DNA of 64,000 bases from Octopus vulgaris (GCA_951406725.2 OX597823.1:6324001-6388000), one strand, 5' to 3'. Positions 1 through 13,402 are shown, numbered from the stretch's first letter. Numbers and translations: made by a program. Notes: generated from the letters alone by a model not told the origin.

Positions 1-774
1 ACGGCAGTCAAAAAATCGTAAAAAATGGGGATTTTCATAGAAAAAATGCACCATTTTGATGTAAATAATTTTTGGTGTTAACATGGTACGATTTGAATTT
101 TTTCTTCTACGGAAGGAAGAGCAAGCCTTCTTTTATCATACTCTCAATTTTGGTCAACTTGCGCCGCAGGGTCTCGGAGGAGATAGTGTTAGTTGAAGGC
201 TACCAAACCTGCCATACACAGACAACTTCATCTATATATATAGAAAGATTTATTCCTAAAAAAATAAAAATCTTTACGAACAAGGGAAGCAACTTATTTA
301 ATAGCAAATTCTTGTTGCTGCCCTTGCTTCTTGTTGTGTAAAGGAGTTATCATCCTTTGCAGTTGTAGCCGTGTGAGATATTTTATATAAAGAAAATCTC
401 ATTGCTACCGACTGAACTAAATTCTTTATTACACAAAAACAAGTAACGATGCGGACGGGTGGGTGGGTTGTCGACTTTATAAAGACTTTATAAATTGAAT
501 ATGCAATATAGCCATTTACATTTAACGCTTAGAAGAAGGGATATACTCACCGTAAATTGCAGCTTGCAAATCAATCTATCAAGCCTGAGAAAATATCTCC
601 AAAATACGATTCGATTTATACATCAAGAATTTTATGTAAACCTTTACTACAGGGTGGTCAACTAATGGAACAGCATTTCTAATAATTGCTGTACACCGCT
701 TACCATATTTCAGACAGCTTGCCAGAAATATGTCCGGCTAAAACTCGTGTTTGGTGAACATATTTAATATATTT

Positions 775-1035
775 GTTTGTTCCTTCTCGAGCCACGCTTG
801 GCTCGTTAGCGCCGACTTCCCGGTTTCCTTGGCGTATAGGTTCCCCACCAGGTGCACTGCAAAATGCAGGAAAGAGCGAAAGAGTCAGCAGAAGTTCGCC
901 ATTACCTTCTGCCTGAGTCGCGTGGAGCTTAGGTGTTTCGCTCGTAAACACACACATCGCCCGGTCTGAGATTCGAACCCGCGATCCCTCGACCGCGAAT
1001 CCGCTGCTTTAACCACTAGGCCATGTGCCTCCACA
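775..1035 (-). mobile_element. tRNA-derived SINE
   Basis: Reverse complement begins gtggaggcacatggcctagtggttaaagcagcgg...gggttcgaatctc (pol III A/B boxes); same head as the element at 5177. Confidence 0.8.
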
Positions 1036-1439
1036 TTTAATATACTTATTTAGAGATTAATATAGAATAATGGGATCTTTTCTGCTTGGCTGTAAATATT
1101 CAATCGCTTCAATTTCTATTCGAATTGATTTCATATTCAGTGTAATGATATACTTTTATATGCTAATCAATGTCATGAAAATCATTTTCGCCATAAATCA
1201 ATAAATAAAGAGTTATTGGCTATTAAAGTTTGAAAATTTTGAGTAATTTTGGCAGCCAAACAGAAAAGATCCGAATAATGTGATGGTAAATCAAATTTAG
1301 TATTGTCTTAATGTTACAGCGCATGCTGTTTCCAAAAGCTGATGCGCTGACCGTACACAATAGGCGCAACTGAAGTCAGGTATAACAGCATGCATGTTAT
1401 CTGCACAATTTCATGATTAAACAATGGATTGTGAATTCA

Positions 1440-1690
1440 TATGAATCCGAGGTGGTGTCAAAAAATTCCCGCACTAGTTATCTTTAATACAAAAGTTCTA
1501 ACATCATCACCTTCGAAATAGTCACTACGCGCAGCAACACACCGGCCCCAGCGTTCCTGTCACTTTCGGAATCCAGCCTTGAAGTCGTTTTCCATAAGCA
1601 AGTCGAGGACTTTCTGCGCTTCGCTCTGGATCTTGACAAAAGTGTTCAGACGGTGACCTTTGAGCTGCCTTTCATCTTGGAGAAGAGATG
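1440..1690 (-). mobile_element. Degenerate mariner-like transposase 3' fragment
   Basis: Minus strand resembles a mariner C-terminus (...RWGRCVAARSDYFEG) followed by a TIR-like end; degraded. Confidence 0.45.
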
Positions 1691-1930
1691 GAAAAACGAC
1701 CAACTGAGACTATGATTAATAGCCAACCGTCTCATTCTCTAGTCGCGTGTCCATCATACCAGAACTGTGATCTGAATGCAGAGAAGAAGTGGCTCGACCT
1801 GGAGAGAGCCCCTGATCTCCAAGCTACGCGTCATGTCGAGGAACGTTACTCTGGAGACCCTTCGGAGGAACCCCATTTCGGCCGCTTGTATTCGCGATCG
1901 TATTCTTTTTATTTTTTTAGGAATAAATCT

Positions 1931-1970
<40 letters not shown>

Positions 1971-2418
1971 CTGAAGTTGTCTGTGTATGGCAGGTTTGGT
2001 AGCCTTCAACTAACACTATTTCCTCCGAGACCCTGCGGCGCAAGTTGACCAAAATTGAGAGTATGATAAAAGAAAGCTTGCTCTTCCTTCCGTAGAAGAA
2101 AAAATTCAAATCGTACCATGTTAACACCAAAAATTAAAGAGTTACCTCCCTTCGACAGCAAAAATATTCTAGTCGACAACAAAAATGGCTGAAATACAAG
2201 ACCTTGGAAGCTTGATAAGCGTAAGACGCGAAACCGGTACCCCCAGTTTATTACATAATGTTGTAATACAACTGTTAGGTTTATTAGGATCTTCATATTG
2301 GCATAAATTTTATTATACAAACCTCCTGTGTGTGTTTACGTATTTTACTTTCTAAAATATTTACAACCACGTCTAAGTAACATCTGGCGCCTTTATGTTA
2401 TTTATGTATATATATATG

Positions 2419-2452
<34 letters not shown>

Positions 2453-2454
2453 GA

Positions 2455-2539
<85 letters not shown>

Positions 2540-2541
<2 letters not shown>

Positions 2542-3505
2542 TAAGATGTACCTAGTGTAAGCCATGGACACATAAGAGGTGCAGAAAAATCAAAGGTTTT
2601 TGTATGTAGCAAATACTCAGGAGCGATAAACACTGAAAATGTACAGAGAACAGATTCCGTCACTTTCCAGGGAGAAAAACTTCAAGTAGTTGATTGCTTC
2701 CGTTACCAAGGTGACCAAGTCAGTAGCGGGCGTGGATTCTTTGAAATTGTAGCTGCTAGAATAAGACTAGACAAGGTAAAGTTCAGAAAGCTGTTACCTC
2801 TGCTGGTGACAAAGGGCCTCTCGCTCAGAGGAAAAGGTAGACTGTATGACGCATGTGTGCAAAGAGCCATGCTACATGGCAGTGAAGCATGGGTCGTGAC
2901 TGCGGAGGATATGCGTAAGCTTGCAAGGAACGAAGCCAGTTGCTCCAATGGATGTGTAACGTCAATGTGCATACTCAACAGCGTGTAAGCACGCTGAGAG
3001 AAGCATCAGATGTGGTGTGCAAGAGAGACGACTGCACTGGTATGGCCATGTGGCGAGAATGGATGAGCACAGCTGTGTGAAAAAGTGTCACACCCTAGCA
3101 GTTGAGGGAACGTGTGGAAGAGGTAGACCCAGGAAAACTTGGGATGAGGTGGTGAAGCACGACCATTCGAACATTGGGCCTCACCGAGGCAATGACTAGT
3201 GACCGAAACCATTGGAGATATGCTGTGCTCGAGAAGACCCGGCAAGCCAAGTGGGATCATAACCCGTGGCCGATGCTAGTGGTGTATGAGCAGCCCACTT
3301 ATGAATACCCTTCATTCATTGGACAATAAACTATGTTTGCGAAGACCTGTTGAGGCAAATGAAATCGAAATCGCTGTCGTGGCCGATGACAGTACCGCCT
3401 GATTGGCACCCGTGCTAGTGGAACGTTAAAAGCACCATTTGATCGTGATCGTTTCCAGCGTTACCTGGCTGGCTCCTGTGCCGCTGGTACGTAAAAACAC
3501 ACCAT
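2540..3505 (+). mobile_element. RTE-clade LINE 3' fragment (decayed)
   Basis: LYDACVQRAMLHGSEAW and RRLHWYGHVARM...GRGRPRKTWDEVV are typical RTE ORF C-terminal motifs; frameshifted. Confidence 0.8.
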
Positions 3506-3782
3506 TCGATTTAGAACCTGCGGACTTCCATCTCTCTCCTAAGATGAAAATGCAGGTCAAAGGTCACTGTTTTAACACCGTTGTTGAGATGAAGAGTGAA
3601 TCGCAGAAGGTCCTCAACTCATGGAAAACGACTTCCAGTCCGGATTCCAAAAGTGGCAGGAACACTTGGACCGGGGTGCATTGCTGGGCAAGGCAACTCT
3701 TTTCAAGGAGAGGAGGTTAAAAACTGAGATAATAAGTTTAACATAACTACTCCAGGATGCCATCTCATCTCTCTCTCTCTCT

Positions 3783-3862
<80 letters not shown>

Positions 3863-5176
3863 GTTGGAATTTACAAAAAAAAAAAAAGAAAACAAAATAC
3901 GAAGACGAGTGTGTAAACAACAAACAAATGTATTAGTTTAATGCTTGGAAAGTGAGAAAGTCTTTTACATTTCGAGCCTACGCTCTTCGATAGAAAAGAA
4001 CACAAAAATAAGCAGAGAGAGAAAATAAAACACACACACACACACACACACAGAGAAACACACACATATATCATTAATAAAAGCATAGAAAAAATAGACA
4101 AGAAAAATGCAACAACATGAGAACGTGGTACATGTAAAGTATTAATAAGACGCTCAGAGGAGGAAGGAAAGAGTGGTAGTTTTATGTTTCGAGCAAAGCT
4201 CTTCTTCGGAAACAGGAGACATAGGAAAGTCCAAAAGAAAAGGAAGAAGGATGAAAAATCGCCAACAATCCATGTGTAGTTACATTTTGGAATGACCGGA
4301 AGTAGATGGACAAAGAGAAAGTGTTTTCTGGGAAGGAGAATGTGAAGAATGGTTGGTATCTGTGTGTGTGTGTGTGATGGCGTGTGTGAGTGTGACAGCG
4401 TGTGTGTTTGTGGCAGTAACTGTGTGTGCATGCGTGTGGTGGTAGGGACATATGTGTGTCATACCACGTGTGTATGGTAGCGTGTGTGTGGCAGTAACTG
4501 AGAGCGTATGTGAGCGTGCTTGATAGCATGTGTGTATGTTGTGGTAACTGTGCATGTGCGTGAGAGAGAGAGAGAGAAAAAGAGGGGGGAGCTTGAGAGT
4601 GGGTGTTTTATTTTGAAGGGTGTGTGAATGGGGGAGTGTGGTGATAGTGATGTGTGTGTGTGTATGTTGGCATGTGTGTTGGTATTTGTGCGTGGACGGA
4701 GTGGGAATGTATATATGTGTGTATGTATGTCTGTGTATATGTGTAGTGTGTATGTGTGTGTATGTGTGCGTGCGAGAGGGAGAGAGAGAGGTGGTGGTGT
4801 GTGGAATAGGAGATAAAAAATTGAAACAACTAATAGTACATATAATCCTTCTTACAATGGGCACAAAGCCTGGATTTTTGCAGGAAGGGGGACAATCGAT
4901 CCCAGTACACAACTGGTACTTAATTTATCGATCCCAAAAGAATGAAAAGCAAAGTCGACGTCGGCGGAATTTGAACTCAGAATGTAGCGATGGGCGAAAT
5001 ACCAGTAAGCATTTCGTCCAGCGTGCTAACGATTCTGCCAGCTCGCTGTCCTAAGTAGAATAAATAATACAAATGATAAGTAGGAATTGGTAAAATCTAT
5101 AGAGATAAATGGCAGTTTCCGTCTGTCTGTGGCTGTGTGTGTGTGTGTGTGTGTGCACGTGTGCTTGTTACTTGAA

Positions 5177-5564
5177 GTGGAGGCGCAATGGCCCAGTGGT
5201 TAGGGTAGCGGACTCGCGGTCGTAGGATCGCGGTTTCGATTCCCAGACCGGGCGTTGTGAGTGTTTATTGAGCGAAAACACCTAAAAGCTCCACGAGGCT
5301 CCGGTAGGGATGGTGGTGATCCCTGCTGTACTCTTTAACCACAACTTTCTCTCACTCTTACTTCCTGTTTCTGTTGTACCTGTATTTCAAAGGGCCGGCC
5401 TTGTCACTCTCTGTGTCACGCTGAATATCCCCGAGAACTACGTTAAGGGTACACGTGTCTGTAGAGTGCTCAGCCACTTACACGTTAATTTCACGAGCAC
5501 GCTGCTCCGTTGATCGGATCAACCGGAACCCTCGTCGTCGTAACCGACGGAGTGCTTCCATCCA
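5177..5564 (+). mobile_element. tRNA-derived SINE with 12-bp target site duplication
   Basis: A box tggcccagtgg, B box gtttcgattccc; TSD ttgttacttgaa at 5165-5176 and 5565-5576. Confidence 0.9.
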
Positions 5565-6357
5565 TTGTTACTTGAACTCCTCTGATACTATCCAACTGGT
5601 CTTACGCACTTGGAATGTCAGAAAAATTGGTAATTTTTTATCAGCATCGATTTTTCAGAAATCAATAAGATATTTCAATGCAAATTCTCATAAGAATGAT
5701 ATTTTCTGCCATAAATTTTAGAGTTTTCAACCGATTTTCTTGAAATTTTATACACAAATGGAATATGTGCTAAAGATGGGTTGAAACAAATAAATTTTTA
5801 TCTAGGCCACTCAAGTAAAGCGTACGATGATTTTTAATTAACTGATTAACGAAATTTGGCTTAAATTGTTGTGGGGTTAAAATGCTCATCATTTCTGCAT
5901 TCCCAGGTTGCTGTAACATATATTTTCTTAACACTTGCACTTAAAATTGTCGGTACTAAACGTTGCAATGTATATTTGATTCTCACAATCAGTGAAACTA
6001 TACCCATGAAACAGAGTAATCAAATTAAGTGCATGTGCACTTAAAATTTCCTCTCAGGTTGCAAGAGAATTAGCCCCAAAATGACTTATTCTTTGTAAGC
6101 CTTGTATTTATTCTATCGGTTACTTTTGCCGAACCGCTAAGTTACGGGGACGGAAAAACACCAGCATCGTAAACACACATATACACATATATACGACGGT
6201 CTTCTTTCAGTTTCGGTCTACCAAATCCACTCCCAAGGCTTTGGTCAGAATGAGGCTATAGCAGAAGACATTTGCCCAAGGTGCCACGCGGTGGGACTGA
6301 ACACGGAACCATGTGGTTGGTAAGCAAGCTACTTATCACACAGCCACTCCTACACCT

Positions 6358-6421
<64 letters not shown>

Positions 6422-6456
6422 CACACACATGAAGAATATATAACGGAAGTATTATT

Positions 6457-6895
6457 GGATCTTTTCGGTTTGAACAGCAGTTTTTTCTAGCGGTGTCATA
6501 TGAAATTGTCACCCATAATTATGACCCTAGTATCGGTCTATTGAATTTCAATCTGTTTTAAGGTTAGGGTTGGTTAGGGTTAGCGTTAGGGGTGGTGGGG
6601 AGGGTATCTTTTTTTCTTCACAAATGTAAATAAACCCAATCTGTTTCTTAAACGAGGGAGATATTCATACGGCACAGAATGTTCTTTTAACCTCAATGGA
6701 CATCATTGATTGGTTGAAATTGCAGAAATGGAAGAAAAAAAACAACAAATATCTATAGAATAACTATAGAATCTTCTCAATAACGCCAGGAGAAAAAAGA
6801 TGTTTTATAAACACATTCTACCAGCATACGAAGTTTAAAATTTTTTAGTTACCTAGAAATTATGTTAAAAACTGCCGTTCAAACCGAAAAGATCC
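6457..6895. mobile_element. MITE with TIRs (ggatcttttcggtttgaac...gttcaaaccgaaaagatcc), nested in another palindromic element (approx. 6435-7320)
   Basis: Terminal inverted repeats; near-perfect 8-bp flanking duplication gtattatt/gtattatg; same family as 53011-53831. Confidence 0.75.
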
Positions 6896-7460
6896 GTATT
6901 ATGCAATATTATAGAAAATAAGATTTTTGCTCTTCCAACATGACGTCACCAGTTTCGCTGGATCGAATTTGGAGTTAAAAGAGTTTGTTTGCTAGGGGAG
7001 ATAATTGGTAACCAAATTATTCTTCAGTACAAGGGAGGTAAATCCGTAATATTTAATATTGATTTGTATTTGATTTTGGCTGATATGAATATTATATTCA
7101 AAAGTAAAGATTTAACCTATCGTGGTTAAATCTTTACTTTTCAATATGGGTTTATATTTAATTCTGGTTTATAGTTTTCGATAAAAAAATACCTTGGTTA
7201 CCAATTATCTCGACTAGCATACAAAATCTCGAGTTCCAAACTGCATCCAGCCAAACTGGTTATTTTATGTTTCCGAAGACAAAAATCTGATTTTGTATAA
7301 TATTGTATAAAAATTCCGTTTTGATGATTCCAAAATGTTATTTAGTCATGTCAAAAAAATCTTCAGTGATTTTTCATCTTTTCTCTTTCCTTGTATATTC
7401 AACCACGTGGAACTAACAGCCATACTTTCAATCTCTTATATATATATATATATATATATA

Positions 7461-7942
7461 GATAAGAAAGTTTGTTTGGTAAAGCACGTGGGTGAATATA
7501 TAAGAAAATAGTAAAGTGTGAAAAAACGACAGAAGGCTTAAATGTTAAAAGATATATATATTTGTGTCAAAATGTCTGGAGAATATTGGAAAAATTTTTT
7601 TCCTTTCCTTAAAATGACATAATTTTTAAATTTTTAAAGAAATTACCGGTTTCGCGTGTAGCTTTTCAAATTTCTTGTGACGTTATGTTTATATATGGAT
7701 AAATCCATGCAATAGAAATCTCCTGGAAATAAAAACAACGATAAATCCATGCAATATAAACATAACGTCACAAGAAATTTGAAAAGCTACACGCGAAACC
7801 GGTAATTTCTTTAAAAATTTAAAAATTATGTCATTTTAAGGAAAGGAAAAAAATTTTTCCAATATTCTCAGACATTTTGACACAAATATATATATCTTTT
7901 AACATTTAAGCCTTCTGTCGTTTTTTCACACTTTACTATTTT

Positions 7943-7950
<8 letters not shown>
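7461..7950. mobile_element. Fold-back Penelope-derived pLTR pair in a (TA)n tract
   Basis: ~200-bp near-perfect inverted arms (approx. 7497-7694 and 7754-7950), homologous to the inverted termini of the GIY-YIG elements at 48158 and 59122. Confidence 0.75.
7772..7811 (+). ncRNA. Minimal type I hammerhead ribozyme motif (U3-A8 core variant); mirror copy on - strand at 7637-7676
   Basis: aagaaat-ttgaaaa-gc(tacac)gc-gaaa-ccgg-ta-atttctt: 7-bp stem I, UUGANAA core, short stem II, GAAA, palindromic stem III, GUA cleavage triplet; such motifs are known from Penelope pLTRs. Confidence 0.6.
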
Positions 7951-7998
<48 letters not shown>

Positions 7999-8424
7999 TA
8001 AGCATATGCCTTTACAAGCGTATAGAGTATTAGTATCGTTTCTTGTGTTACTTGTATGATCTATGTATCTATTTGTCTATCTGTCTGTGTGTGCTCACCT
8101 ACATACATACATACGAACATACGTACGTACATTAAAGTTTTACATCTTCCGCAGATTGTCTCGGTTTCATTGGGTGAGTTTCTTCCTTTCGAATTTTATC
8201 CTTTTTAGTACTGGAAGGGAAGAAAGAAAGAAAAAGGAGAAAGAGCCAATCAGGCATTTAGTAAAATGATGTTTAATGGTTGAAATATGATGACGATAGT
8301 GATGATGATGATGAGGAGGGGGAGGACGATATTGCTGCGGCTGATGATGCAGATAATGATGGGCAAGTTGATGCAGATGATGATTAAGGTTCTTATTAAA
8401 TCAACAATGTTATTGTTGCGCCAA

Positions 8425-11400
8425 CAGAGATCAAAGAGGAGTACCGACAGAGATCAAAGAGGAATGCCATCAGAGATCAAAGAGGAGTACCGGCAGAGAT
8501 CAAAGAGGAATGCCGTCAGAGATCAAAGAGGAATGCCGACAGAGATCAAAGAGGAATGTCGACAGAGATCAAAGGGGAGTACCGACAGAGATCAAAGAGG
8601 AATGCCGACAGAGATCAAAGAGGAGTACCGACAGAGATCAAAGAGGAATGCCGACAGAGACCAAAGAGGAGTACCGACAGAGATCAAAGAGGAATGCCGT
8701 CAGAGATGAAAGAGGAGTACCGAGAGAGATCAAAGAGGAGTACCGACAGAGATCAAAGAGGAGTACCGACAGAGATCAAAGAGGAATGCCGACAGAGATC
8801 AAAGGGGAGTACCGACAGAGATCAAAGAGGAATGCCGACATAGATCAAAGAGGATTGCCGACAGATATCAAAGACATGCTGTCAAAGATCAAAGAGGAAT
8901 ACCGATAGAGATCAAAGAGGAATGCCGACAGAGATCAAAGAGGAGTACCGACAGAGATCAAAGAGGAATGCCGTCAGAGATCAAAGAGGAGTACTGAGAG
9001 AGATGAAAGGGGAGTACCGCTGGAGATCAAATAGGAGTACCGACAGAGATCAAAGAAGCGTACCGAGAGAGACCAAAGGGGAGTACCGACAGAGATCAAA
9101 TAGGAGTACCAAAAGAGATCAAAGAGGAATGCCGACAGAGATCAAAGGGGAGTACCGACAGAGATCAAAGAGGAATGCCGACAGAGATCAAAGAGGAATA
9201 CCGACAGAGATCAAAGAGGAATGCCGACAGAGATCAAAGGGGAGTACCGACAGAGATCAAAGAGGAATACCGACAGAGATCAAAGAGGAGTACCGAGAGA
9301 GATCAAAGAGGAATGCCGACAGAGATCAAATAGGAGTACCGACAGAGATCAAAGAAGCGTACCGACAGAGATCAAAGGGGAGTACCGACAGAGATCAAAT
9401 AGGAGTACCGAAAGAGATCAAAGAGGAATGCCGACAGAGATCAAAGAGGAATGCCGACAGAGATCAAAGAGGAGTACCGACAGAGATCAAAGAGGAATGT
9501 CGACAGAGATCAAAGAGGAGTACCGACAGAGATCAAAGAGGAATGCCGACAGAGATCAAAGAGGAATGCCGACATAGATCAAAGAGGAGTACCGACAGAT
9601 ATCAAAGACAAATGCCGTCAAAGATCAAAGAGGAATGCCGACAGAGATCAAAGAGGAATGCCGACAGATATCAAAGGGGAGTACCGACAGAGATCAAAGA
9701 GGAATGCCGACAGAGATCAAAGAGGAATGCCGACAGAGATCAAAGAGGAATGCCGACAGAGATCAAAGAGAGTACCGACAGAGATCAAAGAGGAATGCCG
9801 ACAGAGATCAAAGAGGAATGCCGACAGAGATCAAAGAGGAGTACCGACAGAGATCAAAGAGGAATGCCGACAGAGATCAAAGGGAAGTACCGACAGAGAT
9901 CAAAGAGGAATGCCGACAGAGATCAAAGGGGAGTACCGACAGAGATCAAAGAGGAATGCCGACAGAGATCAAAGAGGAATGCCGACAGAGATCATAGGGG
10001 AGTACCGACAGAGATCAAAGGGGAATGCCGTCAGAGATCAAAGATGAGTACCGAGAGAGATCAAAGGGGAGTACCGACAGAGATCAAATAGGAGTACCGA
10101 CAGAGATCAAAGAGGAATGCTGACATAGATCAAAGAGGAGTATCGACAGATATCAAAGACATGCTGTCAAAGATCAAAGAGGAATACCGATAGAGATCAA
10201 AGAGGAATGCCGACAGAGATCAAAGAGGAATGCCGACAGAGATCAAAGATGAGTACCGACAGAGATCAAAGAGGAATGCCGACAGAGATCAAAGAGGAAT
10301 GCCGACATAGATCAAAGAGGAGTATCGACAGATATCAAAAACAAATGCCGTCAAAGATCAAAGAGGAATGCCGACAGAGATCAAAGAGGAATGCCGACAG
10401 AGATCAAAGGGGAGTACCGACAGAGATCAAAGAGGAATGCCGACAGAGATCAAAGGGAATACCGACAGAGATCAAAGAGGAATGCCGACAGAGATCAAAG
10501 AGGAGTACCGACAGAGATCAAAGAGGAATGCCGTCAGAGATCAAAGAGGAATGCCGACAGAGATCAAAGAGGAATACCGACAGAGATCAAAGAGGAATGC
10601 CGACAGAGATCAAAGGGGAATACCGACAGAGATCAAAGAGGAATGCCGACAGAGATCAAAGAGGAATGCCGACAGAGATCAAAGAGGAGTACCGATAGAG
10701 ATCAAAGAGGAATGCCGACAGAGATCAAAGAGGAGTACCGACAGAGATCAAAGAGGAATGCCGACAGAGATCAAAGAGGAGTACCGACAGAGATCAAAGA
10801 GGAATGCCGACAGAGATCAAAGAGGAGTACCGACAGAGATCAAAGAGGAATGCCGTCAGAGATCAAAGAGGAGTACCGAGAGAGATCAAAGATGAATACA
10901 CACAGAGATGAAATAGGAGTACCGACAGAGATCAAAGAGGAATGCCGACAGAGATCAAAGAGGAGTACCGACAGAGATCAAAGAGGAATGCCGACAGAGA
11001 TCAAAGGGGAGTACCGACAGAGATCAATGAGGAATGCCGACAGAGATCAAAGAGGAGTACCGACAGAGATCAAAGATGAATGCCGACATAGATCAAAGAG
11101 GATTGCCGACAGATATCAAAGATAAATGCCGTCAAAGATGAAAGAGGAATGCCGACAGAGATCAAAGAGGAATGCCGACAGAGATCAAAGAGGAGTACCG
11201 ACAGAGATCAAGGGAGAATGTCGACAGAGATCAAAGAGGAGTACCGACAGAGATCAAAGAGGAATGCCGAAAGAGATCAAAGAGGAATGCCGACAGAGAT
11301 CAAAGGGGAGTACCGACAGAGATCAAATAGGAATGCCGACAGAGATCAAAGAGGAATGCCGTCGGAGATCAAAGAGGAGTACCGACTGAGATCAAAGAGG

Positions 11401-11558
11401 AATGTTGACAGAGATCAAAGAGGAATGCCGTCGGAGATCAAAGAGGAGTACCGACTGAGATCAAAGAGGAATGTTGACAGAGATCAAAGAGGAATGCCGT
11501 CGGAGATCAAAGAGGAGTACCGACTGAGATCAAAGAGGAATGTTGACAGAGATCAAAG
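8425..11558 (+). repeat. 23-bp minisatellite, ~136 units (cagagatcaaagagg[aatgc|agtac]cga)
   Basis: Direct reading; two main variant units interspersed, ending with a 69-bp trimer repeated about 3 times. Confidence 0.97.
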
Positions 11559-11853
11559 CATCATGTTGTGAGGAAGTGGGGAAAATGTGCTACTTTTATT
11601 TTTATATCTGTTATTTCTTAATTATTTCAAACATAAGACTGTGGCCATGCTGGTGCAATGCTTCGAAGAATTTTAGTTGAATGAATCGAACCACGGCATT
11701 TTTTCTTGTCTAGAATCTGGTACATATTCTGTTGGTGTCCGTTTGTTGAACCACCAAGCAATGGAATTGTAAATACACCAGTGCTGGTTGTCAAAGAGTG
11801 CTGGTGGCGTGGGGCAGAAACATAGACACAAACACACATACATATTCATATAT

Positions 11854-11887
<34 letters not shown>

Positions 11888-12077
11888 ACACACACACACT
11901 TTTAAATCTTTGAAATGTCTCAGCTTTAAAGCTGCACTCATGCAGACATACTTTGTAAATCCAATAAAGGTAGAGTCAACAAAAAAAGTACCCCATTTCT
12001 CTCGCTCTTTCTCTCTCCCCTCTCTTTCTTCCTATGTATATATACATACATATATACATATATACATACATATATAT

Positions 12078-13402
12078 GGACCTAAGAAGCATCAGATGCG
12101 GTTTGAAAGAGAGACGACTGCACTGGTATGGTCATGTGGCGAGAATGGATGAGGATAGCTGTGTGAAAAAGTGCCACACCCTAGCGGTTGAGGGAACCTG
12201 TGGAAGAGGTAGACCCAGGAAGACCTGGGATGAAGTGGTGAAGCACGACCTTCGAACATTAGGCCTCACCAAGGAAATGACTAGCGACCGAGACTTTTGG
12301 AAATATGCTGTGCTCGAGAAGACCCGGCAAGCCAAATGAGACCATAACCTGTGGCCTATGAAATGAGACCTTAATCTGTGGCCTATGCCAGGAGCGTTAC
12401 CAGCCCAGTTATGCGTACCTTTTCTTTCTTTGGACACTAAACTCTGCTTGTGAAGACGTATTGAGGCAAGTGAAATCAAAATCGAAATCAAATTCGACGA
12501 CTGGCATCCGTGCTAGCAGGGTGCAAAGAGCACCATACGAGTGTGATCGTTGACAGAGCGGCTAACCAGCTTTCGTGCCAAGGCACATAAAAGGGCACCA
12601 TTCGAGAGTGATCGTTACCAGCGTCGCCGTACTGGCACTTGTGCCCGTGCTAGTAGGGTACCAAGAGCACCATCAGAGCGTGATAGTTGCCAGAGCAGTC
12701 AACTGGCTCCGTGTTGGTGACACGTAAAAGGGCACCATTTAAGCATATACGAACGGCGGCCGAACTCATGAGCGCTCGCCTCTGTTTTCGGCCCGCCGAT
12801 TCCTCTTCTCATTTTTTTCCGATCGGCGGCGGCGGCTGCTTCCCGAGCTTCCACCGCTGCCGCGCTTCGTTTTGAAACGTGTGTCGTCGGTGATACCTGG
12901 TTGATCCTGCCAGTAGTCAGGAGGGTGAACGCGCTACTACCCCTAAAACGCGAACGGCGACGACGCCCAATGGCGCACCCGCCTCGTGGCTCCCGCGCGC
13001 GCCGTTGAGGGTGCAGGCGTGAAACCGGACACGACGCGCGCGGGCGAAGACGAGCGCTGGGCGGGGTGCCGAGTCGCGGCGGCGACTCGAGCTGAGCTCC
13101 GCGGCCCGACCGCGCACTCACCGGCGAATAGGGCCGGGAGTGCGAACAGACGACCGGTGGCATGTGTAAAAAGATTCGAGCGAGGTCATTGCCAGTACCG
13201 CCTGACTGGCCCCCGTGCCAGTGGCACGTAAAAAGCACCCACTACACTCTCGGATTGGTTGGTGTTATGAAGGGCATCCAGCTGTAGAAACTCTGCCAGA
13301 TCAAGATTGCAGCCTGGTGCGGCCGTCTGGTTCGCCAGCCCTCAGTCAAAATCGTCCAACAACCCATGCTAGCATGGAAAGCGGACGTTAAACGATGATG
13401 AT

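Larger units (their letters stand above)
66..2135. repeat. Two inverted copies of an ~200-bp interspersed repeat (approx. 66-270 and 1905-2135)
   Basis: ORFs 72..341(+) and 1909..2130(-) translate nearly identically; the sequences are reverse complements. Confidence 0.75.

Noticed and set aside
5177-5250. tRNA gene
   Set aside because: The tRNA-like head continues into a SINE body bounded by a TSD; a second copy lies at 775-1035.
8155-8173. 19-nt micro-exon (ttccgcag|...|gtgagt) as an upstream exon of the LRR gene
   Set aside because: Good splice signals but no recognisable peptide, and it is separated from the array by an assembly gap.
8287-11571. Long overlapping ORFs (up to 389 aa) and a CRISPR-like appearance
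   Set aside because: All three frames are open simply because the 23-bp unit lacks stops. Units are contiguous with no unique spacers and there are no cas genes; this is a eukaryotic minisatellite.
12894-12919. Functional 18S rRNA gene
   Set aside because: Only 26 nt match; the rest of 18S is absent.
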